Source: an uncultured Candidatus Saccharibacteria bacterium
GTDB taxonomy: Bacteria > Patescibacteriota > Andersenbacteria > UBA10190
Assembly (NCBI GenBank): GCA_964371255.1
Contig: CAYJKV010000001.1
Location: forward strand, 163,140-227,139
Reading direction: 5' to 3'
Length of the DNA: 64,000 nucleotides
The translations under genes were made by a program, and so were the position numbers. Numbering within the stretch: position 1 is the first letter of the stretch; every line of letters starts with the position of its first letter. This document shows positions 1 through 9,472 of the stretch, piece by piece. The notes under the pieces were generated by a model. That model saw only the letters and a program-made list of their open reading frames with translations, searched no databases and had not been told where the DNA came from.

Positions 1-424
1 TCTTGACAGTGATGGCATAAGTCAAGGAATTGCCAGGGCGAGTGATATCGCGGTGATCCGTTTTTGTGACGGTTAAGCTGGCTTCCTCATCATTATCGTC
101 CTCTGGTTCTGGGCTTGGTTCGGGAGATGGACTGGGTGAAGGTGAGGGACTGGGGCTTGGAGACGGGCTGGGAGACGGTGATGGGCTAGGAGTTGGGGTA
201 GGTGAGGGGCTGGGGCTTGGAGACGGGCTGGGAGACGGTGACGGGCTGGGAGACGGTGATGGAGAGGGACTGGGGGACGGAGTTGGGCTGGGTGAAGGAA
301 CGACGCAAGCAACTGTGTCGTTTGGGCTTAGTAAAGCAAATAAAGTACCGGCCATGGCTACTACGACCATGAAGATTAGGACAACAAAGATCAATTGTTT
401 TTGGTGTTGAAAGTGGTTTTTCAT
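1..424 (-). CDS. Secreted/cell-surface protein, partial (3' end beyond window start): N-terminal hydrophobic signal/TM, long (Pro-Ser)n linker, then DUF11-like beta-repeat segment
   Basis: Reverse-complement translation from ATG at 422-424 gives MKNHFQHQKQLIFVVLIFMVVVAMAGTLFALLS...PSPSPTPSPSPSPS...EPSPEPEDD...LTVTKTDHRDITRPGNSLTYAITVK with no stop before position 1. It is missing from the ORF track because it has no in-window stop. The Gly-rich plus-strand ORF 66..410 is its antisense mirror. Confidence 0.6.
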   Translation of the reverse strand, partial: MKNHFQHQKQLIFVVLIFMVVVAMAGTLFALLSPNDTVACVVPSPSPTPSPSPSPSPSPSPSPSPSPSPSPSPSPTPTPSPSPSPSPSPSPSPSPSPSPSPEPSPEPEDDNDEEASLTVTKTDHRDITRPGNSLTYAITVK

Positions 425-660
425 ACTTATGTTTAGTTAGAGATTAAACCCCCCCGGCTATTGATAATGGATAAAACATGTGATTATCCTCCCTTTGAAC
501 ATTTTTGTCAATAGGAGCAGCTTAGGAGCGGCTAGGGAATGATTTTTCAGGGCAAAGATAGGCGTTGGCCGGGTTAGTGACGCATCAGAAACCTATATAA
601 CAGGAAGAAAAGAGAAAAATTGACGGGGCAAAGTGAACGGAAGCGCTATATAATGATAAG

Positions 661-1410
661 ATGATCAAAAGGGAGAAAATTGAAGGGCTGGTATTATCGC
701 GCCGGAGCATGGGGGAGGCGGATAGACTGATAACCTTATTTACGGCTAATCGAGGGTTGATAAAGGTAATGGCTAAAGGAGTGAGGGTAATGCCTTCGAG
801 AAGAGGCAGTCATATTGAGCCGTTTACGGAGATACTGACGGTGGTGAGCGGTAGTGAAGGAAGATACTGGCTGACAGCCGTGGAAACCAAAGAATACTTT
901 CAGGAGTTACATCAGGACCGAGAGGGGTTGATGCGAGCGCATTTCTTAGCCAGGGCTTTAATTGGATTATTTCATCCTGAGGAGCCACAAGGCCATATAT
1001 ATGAAGCGGTCAGGGATAGTTGGAAAATTTGGCCAAGTTGTGAAAAGGGGCAAGGGTCGATGTTGGAAGTCACTCTTTATTTAATGATTCTGAAAGCGGC
1101 TGGTTATCAGCCTCAATTAGGGAGTTGCCGAGTGTGCGGACGGTCACGAGCAGAGGAGACGATTGTTTTAGACGAAGGTCTGGGTGGTTGGGCGTGTATT
1201 TCATGCCGGTCGTCCTTGGCAGAGGCAAATAACTCTATCACAGTGGATGGCTTAAGGGTTATTAAATATTTGGCAGAAAAACCCAACTTAGCCTTGCGTC
1301 TGGCAATTGATAATGGATTGGGTCAGCAGCTGGAAGAAGCGATGAGAAAATATGTGAGCGGTGTGTTAGATGCGCAATGGCGCGATGCGCGCGTTAAAGA
1401 TTTACGGTAA
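661..1410 (+). CDS. recO: DNA repair protein RecO
   Basis: N-terminal OB-fold-like region (GLVLSRRSMGEADRLITLFT) and C-terminal Cys4 zinc motif (CRVCGRS...CISCRS). TATAAT lies 5 nt upstream of the ATG. Confidence 0.88.
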   Translation: MIKREKIEGLVLSRRSMGEADRLITLFTANRGLIKVMAKGVRVMPSRRGSHIEPFTEILTVVSGSEGRYWLTAVETKEYFQELHQDREGLMRAHFLARALIGLFHPEEPQGHIYEAVRDSWKIWPSCEKGQGSMLEVTLYLMILKAAGYQPQLGSCRVCGRSRAEETIVLDEGLGGWACISCRSSLAEANNSITVDGLRVIKYLAEKPNLALRLAIDNGLGQQLEEAMRKYVSGVLDAQWRDARVKDLR

Positions 1411-1419
1411 ACTTATAAT

Positions 1420-3435
1420 ATGGCTGAAGAAGCAAATAAACCGGAAGGTAAAAATAACAAAAACAACCAGGCTGAGAGCTGGAGGCCGGGTGAAGAAGGC
1501 GGTATTCAGATGACGCACCGCGGTTTGTATGTACGAGATGAACCGGCTGAGCTTAAAGCCAGACAACAGGAATTACATCGTCTGGGTATTACACGGCATC
1601 CGCGCGGGGACCTGGAACAGACCGGGGATACTTTGGCGTCAACAAAATATAAGAATTTAGTGCTGCAAAGAGCGAAGCAGTGGGGTAAAATTATTCGCTT
1701 TAGCGGATCATTATTGTTAGTAATATTCTTGGCGGTCTGGGCGGTAGTGGCCTTATTGTGGTACCGCTCACGCGTGACGGTAACGGAGGAACAAGTCAGT
1801 ATCAGGATTGAGGCACCGGCGGAATTCACGGCCGGTGAGGAGATTATTTATAAGATTATTTATAAAAATGATAGTCGAGTAGCGTGGCAGAATGTAGAGT
1901 TGGTGGTAGCGCCCCCCAGGGGTTTTATTTACCGTGGCAGCAACCAGGCAGTAGAGGTGTCGGGAAAAAACGTCATCTGGCGACCAGGTGATTTGACTAG
2001 CGACCAAGGCGGTGAGCTGCATGTGCGAGGACAATTAATCGGCGAGCAAAATGAAACGGCTACATTTAAAACGGACATTATTGTGACACCGATAAATTTT
2101 CCCAGTGGACGTTTTGTGAAGTCAGCGGTGATGGCAACGACGATCACGGCTTTGCCTCTGGAAGTGGCTTTAGATATACCCAGGGATGCGGCGAGCGGCG
2201 AACGAGTGAGGGCTGGTATCCATGTCAGAAACCTAAGCAATAATGTGCTAGGTGATATTTATTTACGATTAAAACCGGCCGACGGTGTGGAATTAGACAC
2301 AGAAGACCCTGAATTTACGTCTGGTTATTTTAGTGTGCCAGGCGAATGGCGGATAACGACGCTTAATTCTCTGGAGAGCAAAGAATTTGATTTTGTATTT
2401 TATTTAACCGGACAACCAGGGGAAACTAGGATAGTCGATGTGGAGGCGGGGATTAGGCAAAACGACGAGGATTTTACGCAGCGTAAATTAACGCATGTGG
2501 TGGCGGTGTCCGCCAGTGAGGTGTTGGTGGAACAAAGGTATAACGGTGAGACTGGTCCGTTGGTAATTACCGCTGGGCAAACGGTTAATGGCGAGGTTAT
2601 TTATAGCAATGTCGGTACGGTTGGATTAAAAGGCGTGATTGTAAAAGTAAGTTTTGAAGGTATTGGTTTTGATCCCGCTACCCTGGAGTTATCCGGCGGG
2701 GCATACAGTTCGGCTGATCAAACAATTACCTGGTCGGCGGCGACTGTGCCGGAGTTGGCGGTCGTGCAACCGCAGCAGGCAGGGGTGATCAAATATAAAT
2801 TTAAAACGCTGGAAGCATCACGCTATCCGGCGATGGGCGTCGGATCAAAGAATAACATTATTGTTAGTATGGCTACGGTGGACAGTCCCGATATCCCAAC
2901 CCCAGCCGGCGGAGAAAAGAAAGTGGTATCAAGCCGGGCCGTTTTGTCACTGCGCACAGATTTAAGTTTGGGTGTAGACGCGTTTTATGATGATGGGAGA
3001 TTAGGTATTAAAAGTACAGGACCGGTGCCGCCTGAAGTGGGTCAAACAACATCGTATACTGTACGTTTTCGTGTGGGCAGCAGCTTGAATGATGTGTCTG
3101 ACATGAGACTGACAGCAGTGCTCCCTGATGGCATAAGGTATACAGGCCAATCGTATAAAACAGGCGGAGATATGACTTTTAGCGATCGCACAGGGGAGCT
3201 GGTATGGTCGTTGCCGTTGGTGGAAGGAGGAGTGGGCCGGACTAAACCGCCACAAGAGCTTCATGTCCAGGTGTCGATCACGCCCGGTGAAGATTTGCGC
3301 GGGGCGGCCGTGGCTTTCCTGAACCAGGCTGCCTTAGTCGCGACTGATCAGTTCGTGGACGAGAGTATAAATGAAACGACTAAGAATTTCCCATCCACAG
3401 AAACGGCGGTGGTAGGGAAAGGCATGGTGCAATAG
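1420..3435 (+). CDS. Membrane-anchored large repeat protein (single N-proximal TM, multiple DUF11/CARDB-like beta-sandwich repeats), hypothetical
   Basis: 671 aa ORF with a TM helix (LLLVIFLAVWAVVALLW) followed by repeated segments with alternating hydrophobic patterns typical of Ig-like/DUF11 domains. Tightly follows recO. Confidence 0.75.
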   Translation: MAEEANKPEGKNNKNNQAESWRPGEEGGIQMTHRGLYVRDEPAELKARQQELHRLGITRHPRGDLEQTGDTLASTKYKNLVLQRAKQWGKIIRFSGSLLLVIFLAVWAVVALLWYRSRVTVTEEQVSIRIEAPAEFTAGEEIIYKIIYKNDSRVAWQNVELVVAPPRGFIYRGSNQAVEVSGKNVIWRPGDLTSDQGGELHVRGQLIGEQNETATFKTDIIVTPINFPSGRFVKSAVMATTITALPLEVALDIPRDAASGERVRAGIHVRNLSNNVLGDIYLRLKPADGVELDTEDPEFTSGYFSVPGEWRITTLNSLESKEFDFVFYLTGQPGETRIVDVEAGIRQNDEDFTQRKLTHVVAVSASEVLVEQRYNGETGPLVITAGQTVNGEVIYSNVGTVGLKGVIVKVSFEGIGFDPATLELSGGAYSSADQTITWSAATVPELAVVQPQQAGVIKYKFKTLEASRYPAMGVGSKNNIIVSMATVDSPDIPTPAGGEKKVVSSRAVLSLRTDLSLGVDAFYDDGRLGIKSTGPVPPEVGQTTSYTVRFRVGSSLNDVSDMRLTAVLPDGIRYTGQSYKTGGDMTFSDRTGELVWSLPLVEGGVGRTKPPQELHVQVSITPGEDLRGAAVAFLNQAALVATDQFVDESINETTKNFPSTETAVVGKGMVQ

Positions 3436-3515
3436 CAGGGAATCTTGAAGAAGCCGTGGGCGAGACTTTTTAGCGGGATGAGAAAATTATAAGCCTCTTA
3501 CAATAAATAAATGGA

Positions 3516-4061
3516 ATGGCTGGATTTTTAAACACACAATTGTTTGGTGGGTCTAGTGCTAGCAAGGAGAGAGCGGAGAAACGGCAACGGCGGCAGCGGG
3601 CAATGAATATGGCGCGGCGAGGGGGATTGCAGGGATTGGTAGAACGTTTTGATCCTCTTAAGAAAGATCAACTGGGCCTTGAGAGGCAGCAGCAGCAAAA
3701 GTTAGTACGTGACCAGTATTTTCGGGATAAACAGAGAAAACATGTGGAGGAGAGGCGGGCAGAGGAGCAATTAAAGCGGCAGATGCACAGGAAAAAAGAG
3801 GAAATTGCCAATTATTACCGGGTGGGAGAACTGAGGAAGACAGATGCGCGTTGGGAATCGGCAAGCCTAAAAGCGCAGCGTAAATATGGCCGTTACGAAC
3901 AGAAAGTGCAGCAGAAACATCATCGCCAATGGTTACAAACGTTTAGGAGAATGAGGATGCAGCGAGATAAACAGTATCGGCAGATTACAAAAAATATTAA
4001 AAAGGACATTCGGCGCAGCCGCGGCTTGCCGGATAAAATGCAAGGGCCGTGGAATATATGA
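3516..4061 (+). CDS. Highly basic R/Q/K-rich coiled-coil protein, hypothetical
   Basis: 181 aa ORF with extreme Arg/Gln/Lys/Glu content (RQRRQR, QQQQK, RRAEEQLKRQMHRKKEE). Unique sense ORF in an intergenic-sized gap. Confidence 0.55.
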   Translation: MAGFLNTQLFGGSSASKERAEKRQRRQRAMNMARRGGLQGLVERFDPLKKDQLGLERQQQQKLVRDQYFRDKQRKHVEERRAEEQLKRQMHRKKEEIANYYRVGELRKTDARWESASLKAQRKYGRYEQKVQQKHHRQWLQTFRRMRMQRDKQYRQITKNIKKDIRRSRGLPDKMQGPWNI

Positions 4062-4185
4062 GAAATTTGAATAGAGGGTAAGGATCTAAATCTGCGTTGA
4101 ATGAGGAAAAGGTCAGTAGGTCTGGACAGGATGGTGTTGTAGACTTACTGTACGGAGGTTAAGCGATAAAAAGGATTACCTAATA

Positions 4186-5493
4186 ATGGAAAAGATCATA
4201 AATTTAGCAAAAAATCGGGGGTTTATATATCCTAATTCAGAAATTTATGGGGGATGGGCTAATACTTGGGATTATGGTCCGTTGGGAGTTGAATTGAAAA
4301 ATAATGTTAAGCAGGCGTGGTGGAAACGGTTTGTGCAAAGCCGGTTAGATATGGTGGGGCTGGAAACAGCTATCATTATGAACCCGAGAGTCTGGGAAGC
4401 GAGCGGCCATGTTAAAGAGTTTACTGACCCGTTAGTGGAATGCAAAACCTGTCACGTGCGGTCGCGGGCTGATGAATTAAAAGCCGAGGGTGTCTGTCCG
4501 GCCTGCGGGGAAAAAAGTTTAACTAAGCAGGCGAATTTTAATCTTTTATTTAAGACGTTTGTCGGGCCCAAAGAAGACGATGCGGCCGTGGCATATTTGC
4601 GACCGGAGACAGCCCAGGGTATGTTTGTCGATTGGCCGGCGGTCTTGGCCTCGACTCGTAAGCGGTTACCGTTTGGGATCGCGCAAATTGGCAAGGCTTT
4701 TCGCAATGAGATCACGCCCGGTAACTACATATTTCGTACGCGGGAGTTTGAGCAAATGGAAATTGAGTATTTTATTGAGCCGCAAAACTGGGAGGCGGCG
4801 TTTGATGAATGGCTGAAGGAGATGCGGGCTTGGATCGAGTGGTGTGGGATTGATAATAAATTAGTGAAGGAAGTGGAGATTGGTGAGGGGGATCGGGCTT
4901 TTTATTCCCAACGCACAGTGGACATTGAATTCGTGTGGCCGTTTGGGCAGAAGGAGTTATACGGCTTAGCTTATCGGAGTGATTACGATTTGAACATGCA
5001 TGCTAAGCAGTCCGGCCGTGAAATGAATTACCTTGATACGAAAACAGGCAATAGATTTGTACCGCATGTCATTGAACCAACTTTTGGCGTAGAGCGGACG
5101 GTACTGGCGATGTTGGTGTCAGCTTACCGTGAAGAAGACGTGAAAGGTGAAAAGCGAGTGGTGTTGGGGTTACCGGGATGGGCGGCGCCTTACCAGATAG
5201 CTGTTTTACCTTTATCCAATAAGCCAGAGCTCATAGACAAGGCGCGCAAGCTGGCTGAGCAATTGGCAAAAAATTACCACTGTGAGTTTGATAGCACACA
5301 ATCAATCGGTAAGCGTTATCGTCGGCAGGACGAGATTGGGACACCATTGTGTGTCACAGTCGACTTTGATACCCTGGAGGACCAAGCGGTCACAATTCGC
5401 GATCGGGATACGATGGCACAGGAAAGGGTAGCAATAACAGCAGTGAACGCGCGCTTGGGCGATAAGTTAAAGGGGTACAGTGTTTCTAAATAG
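4186..5493 (+). CDS. glyQS: Glycyl-tRNA synthetase (dimeric class II GlyQS type)
   Basis: MEKIINLAKNRGFIYPNSEIYGGWANTWDYGPLGVELKNN is the canonical GlyRS N-terminus. Class II motifs and a C-terminal anticodon-binding domain are present. Confidence 0.93.
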   Translation: MEKIINLAKNRGFIYPNSEIYGGWANTWDYGPLGVELKNNVKQAWWKRFVQSRLDMVGLETAIIMNPRVWEASGHVKEFTDPLVECKTCHVRSRADELKAEGVCPACGEKSLTKQANFNLLFKTFVGPKEDDAAVAYLRPETAQGMFVDWPAVLASTRKRLPFGIAQIGKAFRNEITPGNYIFRTREFEQMEIEYFIEPQNWEAAFDEWLKEMRAWIEWCGIDNKLVKEVEIGEGDRAFYSQRTVDIEFVWPFGQKELYGLAYRSDYDLNMHAKQSGREMNYLDTKTGNRFVPHVIEPTFGVERTVLAMLVSAYREEDVKGEKRVVLGLPGWAAPYQIAVLPLSNKPELIDKARKLAEQLAKNYHCEFDSTQSIGKRYRRQDEIGTPLCVTVDFDTLEDQAVTIRDRDTMAQERVAITAVNARLGDKLKGYSVSK

Positions 5494-5530
5494 TCCTTAT
5501 TAAAATTGACTAACTATTTTATTTTTTGAT

Positions 5531-6832
5531 ATGTCATCATTTATTGTCAAAGAAAAAGAATTACATGAAGGCTTAAGGGCAGTGTTAATACCACGGCAGG
5601 AGGTGTTGACGGCTACTTTATTAGTGTTGATTGGCACTGGTTCAAGATATGAAACAGACAAGCAGGCTGGCTTATCGCATTTCTTAGAACACATGTTTTT
5701 TAAAGGGACAAAGAATCGCCCGACCACGAAAGAGATAGCGGAAGCAATTGATAATATCGGGGGCGAATTCAATGCTTTTACTGGTGAGGAATACACCGGG
5801 TTCTACGTTAAAGTGGCGGCCACGCAATTACCAACAGGGATGGACGTAGTGGCTGATATTCTATTGAATCCATTATTTCCCGCTGAGGAAATTGAACGGG
5901 AGAGAGGAGTGATAATTGAGGAAATACGAATGTATACGGATGCTCCCATGCACCACATCAGCCATTTGTGGCAAGAAGCATTGTTCGGTCACCACCCGTT
6001 AGGGCGCAGAATAGATGGATCAATCGCGACGGTGTCCAGGTTCAAACGCAGTGATTTTATGAAGTACACCAGCACACATTACCATACCAGGAATGCGGTG
6101 GTAGCGGTGGCCGGCAATTATGATGAAGACAGAATTATGGATTTGTTGCAGAGCATGTTTGCCGCATTGCCGGGAGGTCTGGAAACGTCACCAAAACGAG
6201 CGCCCAAGACAATGCCTCACGTGAATATTGTCACCGAGGTACGAGATAATATCGATCAAACACATATGATCGTGGGTGTACCAGGAGTGAGCTTGGAGGA
6301 TAAGAGAAGATTTGCGGCCAATTTACTGGCGATAATTTTGGGAGGAGGCATGAGCAGCCGTTTGTTCTTATCGGTTAGGGAAAGGCATGGTTTGGCTTAC
6401 GCCGTGCAGACGGGAGTGCAAGCTTATATGGATGCTGGCGGTTTCGCGACACAATTAGGGGTACGAAGTGAAAAAGCTGATGAAGCGCTGCGATTAGTAA
6501 TGGAAGAATATGACCGGGTACAAGATGAATTGGTAACAGAAGAGGAGTTAAAAAAGGCGTTAGAAATGATCAAGGGAAGGCTATTGTTAGATTTAGAGGA
6601 GACTAATGCCTTGGCGCAATTTACTGGGGTACAAGAATTGTTGCAGGGAAAAGTTGAAACACCGGAGCAGTTAATGCAGGAATACAGTATGGTAACGGCT
6701 GAACAAATTAAGCAACTGGCGCGGGAATTATTTGTAAACAAGAAACGTGCCGTAGCCGTATTAGGATCAAGTAAGTCGGTGGAGCGTGTGCGGCAGGAGG
6801 CGGCTAAAAGCCTGGATAAAGCTAAAGAATAA
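5531..6832 (+). CDS. M16 family zinc peptidase (insulinase/pitrilysin-like)
   Basis: Inverted zinc-binding motif HFLEHMFFKGT (HxxEH) plus downstream E. Length about 430 aa is typical of an M16B subunit. Confidence 0.88.
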   Translation: MSSFIVKEKELHEGLRAVLIPRQEVLTATLLVLIGTGSRYETDKQAGLSHFLEHMFFKGTKNRPTTKEIAEAIDNIGGEFNAFTGEEYTGFYVKVAATQLPTGMDVVADILLNPLFPAEEIERERGVIIEEIRMYTDAPMHHISHLWQEALFGHHPLGRRIDGSIATVSRFKRSDFMKYTSTHYHTRNAVVAVAGNYDEDRIMDLLQSMFAALPGGLETSPKRAPKTMPHVNIVTEVRDNIDQTHMIVGVPGVSLEDKRRFAANLLAIILGGGMSSRLFLSVRERHGLAYAVQTGVQAYMDAGGFATQLGVRSEKADEALRLVMEEYDRVQDELVTEEELKKALEMIKGRLLLDLEETNALAQFTGVQELLQGKVETPEQLMQEYSMVTAEQIKQLARELFVNKKRAVAVLGSSKSVERVRQEAAKSLDKAKE

Positions 6833-6846
6833 GGAAGTCGCATCTG

Positions 6847-7917
6847 GTGAAGGGTGTGGGGTATAATAAAACCATGAAATTGAAAGCCTTAAAAAAAATA
6901 GACATTTCATCGAGCACCATCTTCAGGGTGATACTTATCTTACTGGGTTGTTGGTTCATTTATCAGGTATTTGATATTGTCATCATGCTGTTCGCGGCTT
7001 TTATTGTTGCTTCGCTGGTAGAACCGATCGCGAAGTACTTTGACCGCTGGAAGATACCGAGGGCATTGTCAGTGATTGTGTTTTACATACTGGTGCTGCT
7101 GTTACTGGCGGGATTGGTAACTTTAATAGTAGAGCCCGTGGCCGTCCAATCGCGGCAGTTGGCCACCGTGGTGCCGAACGTGATTAATAGTTTGAACGAT
7201 CTGACTCCGCTGATACCAAGAATTGAACAGGCGGCCTTAATCGATTCAATCCAGTCAGGCTTACTGAATTTTGGTGAGAATATTGCGAACTTAAGCTGGA
7301 ACGTCTTTACCGGGACCAGGTCGGTCATTACTGGATTTGTCAGCTTCTTATTTGTGTTTGTGATCGCCTTGTATTTAGTTGTAGAAAGAGACGCACTGAA
7401 GAAGTTGGCGAAGTTATTAACACCGGCTGAGCACTATCCTTATGTAGCACGAATGATTGAGCGGGCGCAGAAAAGCGTCGGGCGGTGGGTGGTAGGGCAA
7501 ATTGTGTTGGGTTTGCTGGTGGGATCGCTGGTGGGGGTCAGTATGTGGATGATTGGCGTCCCCTACGCGCTGCTGCTGGGTATTTTGGCCGGGGTGTTGG
7601 AACTGGTACCCGCCATTGGTCCATTGATAGCCGCCACGCCGGGAGTGTTGGTGGCGTTGACGCAGGGTTGGGTGATCGGGCTGACGGCCTTTATCGTGTA
7701 CGTGATTATCGGGCAAGTAGAAAGCCATGTTTTGATTCCCAATGTGATGCGACGAGCAGTAGGTTTACCGCCACTGGTAACGATTATTGCCGTGATTTTA
7801 GGCGCTAGGCTGTTGGGCGTGCTGGGTATTATTTTGGCGGTACCAGCCGCAACAATCATTGCAATTTTCTTGTCTGATATTGCCCGTATAGATAGCGCCG
7901 AGGAACTCAGCGGTTAA
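6847..7917 (+). CDS. AI-2E family transporter (PerM/UPF0118) membrane protein
   Basis: Polytopic membrane protein with the characteristic AI-2E architecture (LVGSLVGVSMWMIGVPYALLLGILAGVLELVPAIGP). The track start is GTG at 6847. An ATG at 6874 sits 6 nt after a TATAAT, so this may be a leaderless start. Confidence 0.8.
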   Translation: MKGVGYNKTMKLKALKKIDISSSTIFRVILILLGCWFIYQVFDIVIMLFAAFIVASLVEPIAKYFDRWKIPRALSVIVFYILVLLLLAGLVTLIVEPVAVQSRQLATVVPNVINSLNDLTPLIPRIEQAALIDSIQSGLLNFGENIANLSWNVFTGTRSVITGFVSFLFVFVIALYLVVERDALKKLAKLLTPAEHYPYVARMIERAQKSVGRWVVGQIVLGLLVGSLVGVSMWMIGVPYALLLGILAGVLELVPAIGPLIAATPGVLVALTQGWVIGLTAFIVYVIIGQVESHVLIPNVMRRAVGLPPLVTIIAVILGARLLGVLGIILAVPAATIIAIFLSDIARIDSAEELSG

Positions 7918-7954
7918 AAAATAGACGAATTAAGGGCAGAACCACTGCTTTGTT

Positions 7955-8395
7955 TTAAATCACTATTAATAAGACAATTGTGATCAGCGCTATTTGTGAT
8001 ATCAGACCAAGCGCAATATTAGTGGTTTCCCATTGGATGTAGTCATGAAAATGAAATAAGGGATAGACAAATCGCCACCAGCCTTTAGTGGGCTGCCCGG
8101 CAAAGTACCAGAGGCTTTGTATGATGTCTGGCATATTACCGCCGAGGATAGTGGCCAAGATTGGCCATGACAGGAACCTATCGCCCAGTAAAAAGAAAGC
8201 GACAAGCAGGCCGAAGCTAATATCCAGACTTACTTTAAAATAGGGGAAATGGCCACGACGGGGAGGATATATATTCCAATGTAAAAAACTATCTAAAACA
8301 AAATGGAAACCAAAAGCTAAAAGAAAAATGGATATGGGGTGGAGGGGCAGGAGACCGAAGGGAAGACTAATAATAGTGTGAGCGAGTGAGAGCAT
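7955..8395 (-). CDS. Small polytopic membrane protein, possibly a YdjM/DUF457-like metal-dependent hydrolase (tentative)
   Basis: 146 aa, 3-4 predicted TM helices, His-rich loops (HFHDY, HWN). Function is a guess. Confidence 0.5.
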   Translation of the reverse strand: MLSLAHTIISLPFGLLPLHPISIFLLAFGFHFVLDSFLHWNIYPPRRGHFPYFKVSLDISFGLLVAFFLLGDRFLSWPILATILGGNMPDIIQSLWYFAGQPTKGWWRFVYPLFHFHDYIQWETTNIALGLISQIALITIVLLIVI

Positions 8396-8505
8396 ACCAA
8401 AGTTTTAACAATAATAAGCCAAAAAGCAATCTAATATTAAGTTAGTATATATGAGGTTAACAGGACTTTGTAGTTTTTTAATAGTAATGTCTAATTCTAA
8501 TAGCT

Positions 8506-9291
8506 ATGTTTGATTCACATGCCCACGTCGCAGATGGGAGGTTTGACGATGATCGGCTGGCCGTGACGCAAAGAGCGCGTGAAGCTGGTTTAACCGGATG
8601 GCTGGAAATAGCCAGTACAGTGTTGGGGAGTAAAGAAGCAATTGCTTTGGCGGAACGAACTGGAGGAGTGTTGGCGAGTATTGGTGTGCACCCGGAAGAA
8701 ATTGGAACGATCCAAGAGAAAGACTGGCAAATTTTGGATAACTTAGCGAGTAAGGAAAAGGTAGCAGCTATTGGTGAGGTTGGTTTAGATTTTCATCGCG
8801 ACGGCAACTATGAAAAACAGATAATCATTGTGGAAAAGTTTGTGGCCTTGGCTGTTAAGCATAAGAAACCGATTGTGTGGCATCTGAGGAGCGGCCAGGG
8901 GTTAGACGCGAACGACTTATTGCTTGATTATTTAGGCAGTCTGTCGGCGGATATAAGACCACGAGGCGTAGCTCACACTTTCAGCGGGACGGTTGAGCAA
9001 GCAGCCAGATGCGTGGAATTAGGTTTAAATATTGGCATATCCGGTATTGTGACGTTTAAGAACGCGGGGAGGCTATTAGATGTCGTGCGCACGATTGAAC
9101 TGAAACATCTGTTGATTGAGACTGATTGTCCTTATTTGGCACCGGAGCCTTGTCGGGGACAGCGTAATGAACCGGCGTACGTGAGGTTTATTGCGGAAAA
9201 AATCGCCCAATTGAAGGAAATGGATGGGGAGGAAATCGCTTTGACCACCGAGCGAAATTTTTGGAAAATGATTGGGAGAGAAGAAGTTTGA
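8506..9291 (+). CDS. tatD: TatD family metal-dependent DNase/hydrolase
   Basis: MFDSHAHV... N-terminus with the conserved His/Asp/Glu ladder of the TatD TIM-barrel (HPEE, HLRSG, AHTFSG, ETDCPYL). Confidence 0.88.
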   Translation: MFDSHAHVADGRFDDDRLAVTQRAREAGLTGWLEIASTVLGSKEAIALAERTGGVLASIGVHPEEIGTIQEKDWQILDNLASKEKVAAIGEVGLDFHRDGNYEKQIIIVEKFVALAVKHKKPIVWHLRSGQGLDANDLLLDYLGSLSADIRPRGVAHTFSGTVEQAARCVELGLNIGISGIVTFKNAGRLLDVVRTIELKHLLIETDCPYLAPEPCRGQRNEPAYVRFIAEKIAQLKEMDGEEIALTTERNFWKMIGREEV

Positions 9292-9472
9292 CTGACTGAA
9301 ACGGGAAAGAAACGCGCGTAGAAGCGTCTAGTGAGGATGTGACAAGGCTGTGACTAAATAAGTAGCCGAGGCGACTTTGGTTTAGTATAGTAGATGAATG
9401 AAGCGAACAAGATTAGAACTGGGTGATGAGACAGGAGTAAAAAGGTGGTTCAATCGGGCAGAAAAGGGAGAG

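Noticed and set aside
66-410. Plus-strand 114 aa Gly/Asp/Leu-repeat ORF
   Set aside because: It is the antisense shadow of the (Pro-Ser)n linker of the minus-strand secreted protein (1..424). That protein has a proper start, signal peptide and DUF11-like segment, whereas the plus ORF has none of these.
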